Source: Selaginella moellendorffii (lineage: Eukaryota; Plantae; Lycopodiophyta). From it: a DNA stretch of 64,000 bases. The stretch's first letter is position 1. The number at the start of each line of letters is the position of its first letter. The position numbers and the translations under genes are program-made. The notes beneath the pieces were generated by a model. It did not search any database. It had not been told where the DNA came from and saw only the letters and a program-made list of their open reading frames with translations. The stretch is taken from assembly GCF_000143415.4 (NCBI RefSeq), contig NW_003314327.1:795403-859402 (forward strand), in the 5' to 3' direction. This document shows, piece after piece, positions 13,833 through 23,913 of the stretch.

Positions 13833-14001
13833 TTTAAGGGTGAAATTTAAGGAATCATGTACAACCCTAAATTATGTTAAGTCACTAGATGACCTTTAAG
13901 GGTGACATTTAATTTAAGGGTGAAATTTAAGGAATCATGTACAACCCTAAATTATGTTAAGTCACTAGATGACCTTTAAGGGTGAAATTTAAGGAATCAT
14001 G
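13833..14001 (+). repeat. Tandem repeat of ~62-bp unit (two full copies plus partial copies)
   Basis: tttaagggtgaaatttaaggaatcatgtacaaccctaaattatgttaagtcactagatgacc at 13833 and 13913, partial at 13975, and an 18-nt partial at 13895. Confidence 0.92.
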
Positions 14002-14750
14002 CCAAGATTTCGTGGGGTGACGATCACAGCGCAGGCACTTGAAGAGGAATTATATTTGGAGCTCGACTGGAGACCCCCTTCGAACTCGGGTTTCCCGACT
14101 GGGTCTTATGCCTTCCGGACGGGGCTTGTTTGTCACGTTTATGGATACAAATGCTATCTATATCCCACGGGGAAGCATGAAGATGAATTATACACGCCAA
14201 TACATATTTTAGGATCTAGCGATGTCTTCAGCAAGACTCCATCGCTCCGATTCGACGTTACAGAGAACGAAAACCTGTTCAAGCATGGGAGGATGCATTC
14301 CAAGCTTTCCAGAGGCATGAGAGTGGAGGAACTGCTGGGATTTGCGAAGTATAAGCTGATTGGTTGCTAGGAACAGCACAGTGTAAGTACGAGTCTGACC
14401 TTTCCTGCTTGACAAGCTCGGACAGGACATCTAAAGCGGGACTTGTCATCGTGCATAAGACGTGCCGCTGCCTTATAGGGGGCTTGCTGGGGGAACGATT
14501 TTTTGGACGACGTGGGTGACTACCTGCAGCACCTGCTTGGAGACCGATGGTATCCTAGGACTGCATTCCTCGTAAGTTTCGCCATTTCAATCACTTCGTT
14601 CCGTGGGCAAAGGGTGTCAAGCTTTCCACGCAGAAACTGTGAAACTTTGGGTTCATGGAGCTGCATTAGTGTATGTGCCAGAGGAGATCGCAAGTGGGTG
14701 GAGTTTGACGAAAATCCTTGGTCGTGAAGGGCAGAATTTTGATGACTAAG
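13999..14750 (+). pseudogene. Disrupted gene with a divergent profilin-like segment
   Basis: HILGSSDVFSKTPSLRF...LLGFAKYKLIGC*EQHS / KAGLVIVHKTCRCLIG / (frameshift in a G run) NDFLDDVGDYLQHLL resembles profilin GGxKYMVI, GGVTIKKTxxALV and ERLGDYL; GTAAGT donors at 14383 and 14572. Confidence 0.4.
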
Positions 14751-15120
14751 TTGCGTTGATTATGAATCTGAAATACACTTATCCGTTCCTGAAAAGTGAT
14801 GTTATCCAGAGCCTAACCGCTTGCTAACTATTTGCAGATCCTGACGTTCTCAATGCGGAGGACTTTGGTCAGGCAGAGAATGTACTGTTCAGAGAATGTA
14901 TGTCGTTTGTGCTTGTGATACAATATAATGTGAATTCAATAATCCTTATTACAAGTTTAAAATTCTTAAACCATCCTTTTTAACTTGAGCCCTTTATCTC
15001 ATTATTTATTATCAATGCTGCTGAGAAAGCACGATGTGCTGAGATCCCAAGCCCAAATAATAATAATAATAATAATAGCTATTTCAAGTCACGAGGACCC
15101 ACAAAAGGCATCAAACCATC

Positions 15121-16030
15121 CTATCTACTGTTGGTGTGGAGTGCAAGTTCAAAGATAGCAAGCACCTCATTGTGGAGGTGTGGTGGCAGTGAGGTACTCA
15201 CAAAGTGGCTGGTGTTGCCATTGCTAAAGGAAGAGAGGGAGGGGCAGCTCAAAATTGAGGAGCAGTTCTTTGTTGTAAAGCATTTAAGAAGCAGGAATGG
15301 GACAAAGTCCAATGGCAAGTGTTGTGATATCAACGTTGTGTTTCCTGGACAAGGATCTCAATGTCATGCCTCCACATCATGTCTTAATCCACCTGTAGCA
15401 TTTGTAGTGTGGAACGTCCATCTTGTACTGCCGAGGATGACATGACGGTTCATTATATCAAGGACTAGCAGCTTATGTAAATCTCTTCGTCTCATGCTTC
15501 TTACCAGAAGACCATGTAAACAGCATATGAATGAGAAGTTGTTGGCATTTCTAAGTTCATGCTCAAGTCCACATTGATCAAGATGGAGCATAAACTGCTT
15601 ATCAATGTCCATTATAAGATTACAAAAGCAGGTTCCTGAATTTTTATTATTATTAGTACATGTTAAGATCATTAGTGCCCAGGAAATTGCACATCTTGCA
15701 CATTGCATATAAATAGGCATGCTGTCTTTCGTCGAACAGGAGCACGACATTGCAATCACACAAATATGAGATATCAAAATAAAAGACTATATCATGTTGC
15801 CCTTAAATAGTTGCCAGAGTGGAACGCTCTTGTGAACGTTTTATGTTGCAATCTTTTAAGCTTCCTTCGCTGAACCACAATTGAATCAAATTTCCAAGTC
15901 AGAAAAGAGCAGCATTGTGCAGTACCTGATGAAAAAAGTTGAAGTTTTCTTCCTTGGCACTCTAAGCTTTTGCATGCTTCGAGAACTTTGTTGTACTCTT
16001 GGCCAGAACGGGCGGCTAATGCCTGGCTAT
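15121..16030 (-). pseudogene. Decayed ankyrin-repeat-like gene
   Basis: Broken-frame fragments LATI*GQHDIVFY, DIDKQFMLHL..CG, DGRSTLQM and NGNTSHFVS resemble the ankyrin G.TPLH.A...G..DIV consensus; many stops and frameshifts. Confidence 0.35.
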
Positions 16031-17329
16031 CAAAATGAAAAAGCAGAATAAAAATCAGTGGAAGAATTTTGGACCTGTGAACAAAAAGTGGCTCAGTTTT
16101 TGTGTTGTTTCAACTCTATAATCACTATCACATTTCTTATCCTCTACCAAAATCCAGCCCATCACCCTACAAAGAATATATGTCCACGATGACCATAAGA
16201 AAAAATAGAGAGAAGAAACCACTTTCATAAGCAATGAACTTGAAATATGAATATGATTTGGAATTCTTGGCTGGCTTCAGAATTGTGAGTGTCATATAAT
16301 TGTCATAGAAATATCTGACAATTTGAGGATTTGCTTAATTTTTAAAATTCACTTAAACTTGTCTGTGCTAATACTTAGGTGATAATAGATTAAGCTAAAA
16401 GTCAATATTTGTCAACAGTCTTTGAAGACTTTCTTTGATAGTTATTGACTTTGACTTTCATTAGACACACTTCTTTACAGTGTTCAAATCCACCTACCAA
16501 GCCTGAAGATCAGTACCAAGCCTCACCACAATCTTATATTGCATCACAGAGTTATCTTTATCAAAATATTATTCTTTAAGTCCAAGAGATTTATGCAAAT
16601 TTAATTAATATTATAATTGAATATAATAATAAATTCAAGCATAGCAAATTATTTTTGGATTCTAATCATCCACAATTGAAATAACTGTGCTTTGCATGCA
16701 ATCTATTCTTTTCTCTTCTTGGTTTTCTTGTGATAACTTCTACTTACTATAGCTTACTTAGCTTGTGTAAAGCACTTCTTAAAAATAAGAAAAGGTTAGG
16801 AAAGAGCAAAAGGTAAAAAAAGAATTAAATAGTAGATTAAAGGACTGATACTTACCTGTGAAATCTCTAATTTATCTCTAAATTTACTTTCATAATAATT
16901 AAATTCTTCATCACAATCTAGAATCCATTCAAATTATAAACATCATCTTCCCATAAATTTAATCCTCAAACATTCTCCAAGAATTAGATTGCATTATTTA
17001 TAGCTTGCCAATTGACGTTATAATTATGCTCTACATCAATAGGAAATTGTAGAACATTGAGAATAAGACACCAAAAGAAAGAACAAACCTAAGTATAATA
17101 ATAACTAGAATTCTAGATCTTGCAAAAAACCAATACAAATCTAGATTTAAAAGAGAATGAAGAAATAAGAATGAAAAGCATAATCTTGAACACTAGAGCA
17201 AAGCATTGCCAAAAAGCTTTGCAGTTCAAGGATAAATTATATAGGAATAAATATATTAATTAAGGTTTATACCCTTACTTATATACAAGAATGGATAGAC
17301 TGGATTTAGTTTTAAATAAACAATCTATA

Positions 17330-17570
17330 TGTTATAGTACTATAATTAGTGTATTACCTAGCCAAAGTAATACATGTATATTTGCAAAAGCTTCATTAAG
17401 TAAAGTTTGAGTCAATCGAGAAATATACAACTCAATTTAATAAGCATTATGGATTATTAGGCACTAGGTCAAGATAATAGGATAAAGAAAGGGCTCTACA
17501 ATCAAGTGATCACCCCTTTAGCCAGTTGGCTTAGGGTGTAAGGGATAGGATCCTAACAATGGTATCAAAG
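17330..17570 (+). mobile_element. Probable LTR remnant followed by a tRNA-Met-type primer binding site
   Basis: ...CCTAACA-A-TGGTATCAAAG at 17552-17570 matches an LTR end (CA) plus PBS TGGTATCAGAG with one mismatch; candidate TG start at 17330. Confidence 0.45.
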
Positions 17571-19399
17571 AAACATTGTAAAGATTTAGTGTCTAAGGAT
17601 TAAATCAAAATTGTTTGCTAACTATTTATTTTAGATGACTCTGTGTGTGTGTGTGTTTTATAAATGTAAAGGAATATCCTATAATATAATTTCCTTAAAA
17701 GCTTTATGTAATGCTTATTAATGCAAGTGTGTCTATAACAAATGCTTTAAACTAGTCTTCGGTGGCTAGAAATATTATCTAATTTCTATTATGATTACTC
17801 TAATTCTTTACCCAAAAGCTGTGTGTATAGGGAGTACTCTCCAAAAACTATATTGTAAGCATCAAGTAAGGAATTGGAAAGTAAAGGCTAAAATCTAGAT
17901 GATTTTTTTGATCTTAGTTGAATGAGAAGTGAGAGAAAGCTAAAACTTTAATTATTGATTTTATTTTATATTTTATATTTTATAGTAAATTAACCACAGA
18001 ATGGAATTTAACCCTTGGATACATGTGTCAAGGACAATAGAATAAGACCCAAGTTTCAAGGCCTTGTGTTACTAAATAAAGGGACAGAAAGCATATAGCT
18101 TAAAAAGTGAAGGGTTAGGAGTCTAGAGTAATATTAGAACAGTTTTAAAACATTCAATATCCCAATGCTAAAATTAGCATATAAAATGAAGTTTAATAAA
18201 GTTTGATACTATTTTAGCATACCAATGACTTATCATGAGTTATACCACTTATAACTCCCCCCTCTTCCCAACACACAAGAAACCCCAAGACTCCTCTATA
18301 TATAGTTAAATCATCTACATTTATAAAATATATTTATAGAACTATGTTAATTATTATCTATAGATGGTCCTACTATATATAATATAAATTTTCTTTTTTA
18401 ATTATTATGCAGAAATTGTTCTTGAAAGCTATACTTATACAATATATATATATATATATAAAATATAATTTATATAATTTATATAATTAATTTTATTTGT
18501 ATTGAAAGAAAACGATGTGTACCTAGCTAAAGCTCATATGCTACTGCCAAATGCAGTTGTATGAAAAAAGGCATTAGTCTTCATATCCAATGAATCTATC
18601 TATATTGGCTTCTAATTTTTTCAGACCAATCAATTTGCATTCTCAATTGCTAAGGGGGCACCACTCATTTTAATGGAGCTGTGGTGTTAAAGTGTTGACA
18701 AATGAGCAAAAGCTTCTTTGAGGAGCTAAAGTTGAGTTGTAAGTGTTGATCATCATAAGCCTTAAGACAAGAAAATAATTAATGCATTATAACTCACCTC
18801 TAGCAAAGGCAACATCATTCACTAGTGATCTTATTATGTGTTTTTTGCATGTCTTGTAGATTTTCTTACATTATTGTGACCTACAAAAATAAAAGATGTT
18901 ACTAAGTACTTAAAACCTCAGAATTATCTAGTTTTTTAAAGCTATCTCAATGACTACTCACTTTTCTATCCTCAAACATAACATTTAAAATAAATAATAA
19001 ACTTGACTTTCTTGCACAATTTGCAACTCACTCATCTATGAGTAAAGTGAGAGATGAAAGTATAGAACTTCTAAATCAAGCCTAGAGGAGAAGAGATTTT
19101 TCTTATTGAACCTTTGTGAGAAAAGAGTTTCTAAAATGACCACACTTGATTTTATATAAGTCACTGTAGTAAAACATTTATAGCTCAATAAAAAAAAAGA
19201 AGAGAGACAAGCCTATTTGCTAAAGCATGGATAGTAAGTGCAAAATTACCCCCCCCTAATATGGAGAAGAATAAATAAAAACAATGTATAAAGCCAAAAA
19301 TAAGCAGTAAAAGGATGGCATTAAACCATAAAAATTAAAAGGCATAGTCAAAGGTGGTTATGTAAGTTGGGAATGACGAATTAAATGTAAATTCAAAGA

Positions 19400-21380
19400 T
19401 TTGTTATTTACAAATATGGTACCATGAAGAAACTAAAGTATATAAATGTTCATATTAGACCACATGCAAGTAGAAAATTTATGAAGGGAGAAGCCTTAAC
19501 AAGTGAAAGGGTGGAATCCCCTCGATGTTTCAAAGGCAAATTTGAGTATCTAAGGCATTTTGTGTGGGGAGTCACATTAAGGATTTTATATGGGGAATCA
19601 CATTAAATATTTTGTATGAGGAGTCATGCCAAAAATTTTATATGATACCATTTATAAATGCATATATAGAGGTTGGGTTAGAGTCCCAACTATTTAATAC
19701 TTAAAGGGCACTAAAGCGTAGTTATAATTTAGGATATAAGAACACTCATTTTTTGGTGGTTATATACTTTTAACAAGGAAGTTGGTGGGAGATGCCTTAA
19801 AGTTGTAATTCATAGTTAATATGTTTAATATGAAAACTTGATATATTTAACTTGAATACTTTAGTGCAAGTGGCACAAATGATGTGGTGAATGGGATAAG
19901 GATATCCAATCTCAATTGCTATAGGCCAAATAAGCTAGCTTGGGCGTATTACCAAATGTGGGGGATATCCCTAGGTCAACAACTTAAAAGTTGAATAAAC
20001 ATAATATTTATTGGTAAATATATTGAAGTTTTTATTTGGGATCACTAAGTGATCTTATGGCTAGTCAAGGATAAGCTCTTTATTGTGTTTAAGAAAAAGA
20101 CTTTTAGTTCAAATTAATGATTTTAATAAATGGTATAGTGTAACTAGGTTAAGGTAATTGAGTGGGAAAGACATTTAAGATGAGATGGTTAGGTACAATA
20201 TAATGATATTATGAATTCAAGAAAATAGTCTCTAAAAGAAGGACTTATAAAGGTTAAGAGATTAGGCAATAAATAAGGCCCACTATAATAAATGTTGGTA
20301 AGACTTATGAAAAAGTGAATACCCTATAGACTTAAAAAATTAAAGTCTTTGTTATGGAATAATAAAACATCCTAAATATATTCTGGTGTAAATAACCAAA
20401 GGATAGGAGTAAAAAATTAATAGCCAAGAATAACTTAGTAAAATGTTGAAACAAATCTAAATGATAAGTTAGGTGAGAAACCATTAAAGGGTGGTTGCTA
20501 ATGAATATATGAGAAAAGTCATAAGGTTCCAAAGGAAAGAAAGCCTTAATGCTCCAAGTTGGTGAAAAGTGAAAGTTTTAAAAAATAGAATAGCAATGTA
20601 GTTAGATGGTAGAGCTATGAGCAACCCTAGTATAAATTATAGATCTAAAAAGTGATAATACCTAACAAACAAGTAAAAGTATAAGATTAAGAGATTCTAA
20701 GATAAATCCCAATTATGTGAAAGAGGGTAGATGCAATCAATTTTGGAAGATAGCTATGAGAACACCATAGGTGATAGAGTTGTATTATGGATATTCTAAA
20801 AGAGAAAACTCTATAGAAAGTTCTACTATATGATAGGTGGAACTTAGTGCCTAAGTTAACATAGAATAAAAGAAAGAATGATAGTGTACTTAAATAAAAA
20901 AAACTCTCTAAAATGAGGAAGTAAAGTGCACACCATAATAATATGTATGGAAATGTGTCAAAGACATTTAAAAAATTGACACAAGGAGTCAATATTAAAG
21001 TTCTAAGAGGCAAATCCTCATATTGATATAATCTGAAACTACTTCAAAGTGAGTAGTAAGGTTGAGATGGAAAAAGGACCTTTAGTGGGTTTAGTGAGAT
21101 CTAACCAAGAAAAGAGAGGGAACCTTTATAAGTGAGGCATTGAGTCTATAAGTTGGGGGTGCAAGATATGTAAAGTATAATGAACCTTTGGTGTTAAAGT
21201 ATTGCTTGATGCCAAAGGTAAAATGGTAATCCATGATAAAGTTAGTTAAGAAAAAAAGTTATTATTCAATAAGGACATCAAACTTTGTCAATGTGTGGTG
21301 AAGTTGTAAGACACAAATCCTTAAGTTTCAAAATAAAATCAAAAGTTGGTTACATGGCAGTGGCTAGAGCAAAAATTCAA
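19400..21380 (-). mobile_element. Highly decayed non-LTR (LINE-like) retroelement
   Basis: Minus-strand fragments LSSKIDCIY..W (endonuclease SRIDR-like), TSFVP (QxGFVPGR-like) and a RGD..LS-like segment in the expected order; no long ORF; CpG-depleted. Confidence 0.4.
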
Positions 21381-21386
21381 CAAGTG

Positions 21387-22325
21387 TTTAGACATCTAAA
21401 TAGAAATTTACAAATTAGTATTATAAATAGCTATAAATCCTTCATTATTTACACACAAGACACAATGAGCATTTAGAAAGTATTTTTCTAAATATTTTAT
21501 GCTTGCAAGTATCCTAGTAAATATTTTATTCTTCAACTTACTCAACATTTAATTTCATCCTTTAACAATAAGTTTATCAATTTAATTGAAGTTATACAAA
21601 AATAGTAATTTCAAATAAAACTTATTTGTATATCCTGACTTTTACATTAAACTATAATTAATTAATTTAAGCAAGGAGTGTTTAAAGCAAAGCACCAGCA
21701 TAAATTAGGATTGAATTGTATGCAATAATTGATTAAAGGTGCTAGGGCAAGATTGAGGATGACTGTACCATCTTAATTCACTTGTAATTCGGTATTTCTT
21801 TAGTAGGAATATTGTATAGAAAATCTATTGCAAAGCAAAGAGATTTTATAAGTTATAAGGTAAGTTCTAGATATAAATTTGAAAGCTAAAAAAAAAACTT
21901 TCTTCTTTGTTTTCAACTGATGGAGCTACAGTAGCTAATTTCTACTGATTAATAAAGCACGTAACTCTTAAATTTTGATAACTAAAGGTTCTAGTATGCA
22001 AATAGTTGCAAGGACCTTGATAAAAAATGAAAGACAAAGACAAGGTGTAAAGACGATTTAGTTTTTTATTAATTTTTGCAATTTTTTTTAACTCCACTTC
22101 CTTTCATTCCTCATAATCTGAAAAGTTTAAAGATTAATTTTTATAATATAGAATTACTTACTAATGATTACTTAAGAAGTGACATATTCTCATTCTTCTT
22201 TCAATTTCAGAATTATCTAATTATAAAACCATCTGTAGGGTATGTTCCCTCATGGGTATCTATTCAATTTACCTGAGAGCATTATTACTGATGCAAATTA
22301 CACAGCTATTATTGTGGGGTTACAT
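21387..22325 (-). pseudogene. Decayed tandem paralog of the adjacent lectin gene
   Basis: 21387-21458 matches 22505-22576 (lectin C-terminus) at 66/72 nt, including a TGG>TAG change; weaker broken similarity further upstream (HEGTYPTDGFII vs YEGPKEGITI; LQKLIK..FIKVL vs IKNLIQ..FSRVL). Confidence 0.7.
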
Positions 22326-22495
22326 AAAAATGTAAGCAATATTTAAATTTTTTTTTTCTCATCCCATCACCATGGTTGTAAATTATACTATGAATTCACA
22401 CTAGCACAAAACTGCCACACATGTCGATGAACTCTTACTATATGAAGGAATTCATAACAGTATTTTATGTGGGGGTTATTAAATGATATTTAAGT

Positions 22496-23380
22496 TTAAT
22501 TAGTTTTAGACCTCCAAATAGAAATTTGTAAATTAGTATCATAAACAGCTATAAATCCTTCATTATTTACACACAAAGAAAACGTGACCCAAATATTTTT
22601 CCAATACAAATTATAGGACCATACAAGTTTGAAATATTTATCATAAATTACTAAATTACCATCTTTTTGTAAGTGAAGAAAACATTTAATTCCTTTACCA
22701 TTAGTTTTGGTATCCCAGATATTAATGTTTTTAAAATAAAGCACTAAGTTACAATCAGATTGCATAATCAAAATAAAAAACATATTAGGTGATTGCAAAA
22801 ATTCTCCAGTATACAATTTTGAAAAATAAGTATAATGTGGTCCACTTTTAATACAAGTTTTATGAATGTCACAATCTGATATTAATTTTTCTTGATGATA
22901 ATTATTAAAAACTGGGACTATAGTACTAAATTCATTTAATTCAAAATCTACAGTATATGATATTGAATACCGAGAAGCTATATACTTTACAGAGCTATAA
23001 GTTATAAAATCATTTATAACATATGTATCTAATATATGATTAAATTCACGTTGTAAAGCTGTTCCACTATTTAGATTATACAAAAAAGGAATAATACTAC
23101 AAAGATAAATATAATATTTTCTATTTTCTTGTATATCATAAGCTTCTATTAAAACTATTAAACTCTTTTTTTCTTCATATAACACTCTAGAAAATGAAAA
23201 TCCCAAGAATATTTCTTTACGTTTTCCTACTTCTTGAATAAGATTTTTTATGATAGGTATTATAACATTTTGTCTATATTCAATTGTTATACCTTCTTTT
23301 GGTCCTTCATAATATTTTCTTATACATTCAATAGATTGCATGATTAAAATTATTAAAACAAATATTTTATTAAGAAACAT
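22496..23380 (-). CDS. Intronless 294-aa secreted protein: signal peptide, unknown (possibly cystatin-like) N-domain, C-terminal bulb-type (GNA) mannose-binding lectin domain
   Basis: Hydrophobic N-terminus MFLNKIFVLIILIMQSIEC; two QxDxNxVxY motifs (QSDCNLVLY, QKDGNLVIY) and a degenerate third (NNEGFIAVY); IWDTKT/VWS/IWRS tryptophans; 885-bp ORF intact in very AT-rich DNA. Confidence 0.85.
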   Translation of the reverse strand: MFLNKIFVLIILIMQSIECIRKYYEGPKEGITIEYRQNVIIPIIKNLIQEVGKRKEIFLGFSFSRVLYEEKKSLIVLIEAYDIQENRKYYIYLCSIIPFLYNLNSGTALQREFNHILDTYVINDFITYSSVKYIASRYSISYTVDFELNEFSTIVPVFNNYHQEKLISDCDIHKTCIKSGPHYTYFSKLYTGEFLQSPNMFFILIMQSDCNLVLYFKNINIWDTKTNGKGIKCFLHLQKDGNLVIYDKYFKLVWSYNLYWKNIWVTFSLCVNNEGFIAVYDTNLQISIWRSKTN

Positions 23381-23569
23381 AGTTTAAGAAAGTTAATAAA
23401 TTTAAGCTTCTAGAGTTTGGAAAACAATATAGCAAGAATGTTTTTTAAATATTTTTTCTGTATACTGTTTCTTATTTTATTAAGTATTTTGTATTTTAAA
23501 TGTCTTTTAAGTAGAATGGTTGTTAGGAAGCTATGCTTAGACATATGGCAATATATGCCTACCTATATG

Positions 23570-23571
<2 letters not shown>

Positions 23572-23638
<67 letters not shown>
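23572..23638. repeat. (TA)n microsatellite, ~33 units, about 190 bp upstream of the lectin ATG
   Basis: Read directly. Confidence 0.97.
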
Positions 23639-23640
<2 letters not shown>

Positions 23641-23913
23641 CCATATAAAGTTTGTATTTAAGAATAGTGTCTTAATATAGTAGATCGATATTCAATTGTG
23701 CCTTTGAAATTTGAGGTTATTAGCAACTCTTTTATTGCTATTTCAAAGGTTGCTCAGTGTGACACCATGTTTTTATTGAAAGGGGCTTGAAAGTCATCAT
23801 CTGTGTGTCTAAAAGGCCTAAAATCTTTATTTTGTTAAAATTATTTGATACACCATAAAATTTAAAACGCTCGCCAAAAAATAAGTAGCCCTAAAGTTCT
23901 ATTTCTCCTCATC

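Noticed and set aside
13833-14001. Possible CRISPR-like array
   Set aside because: Units repeat in full with no unique spacers; eukaryotic context; ordinary tandem repeat
15720-15870. MADS-box-like DISYLCDCNVVLLF on the minus strand
   Set aside because: Lacks the RQVTFSKRRxG core and spacing is wrong; flanking fragments fit ankyrin repeats better
23417-23680. 87-aa ORF with YIYIYI run
   Set aside because: Translation of the (TA)n microsatellite
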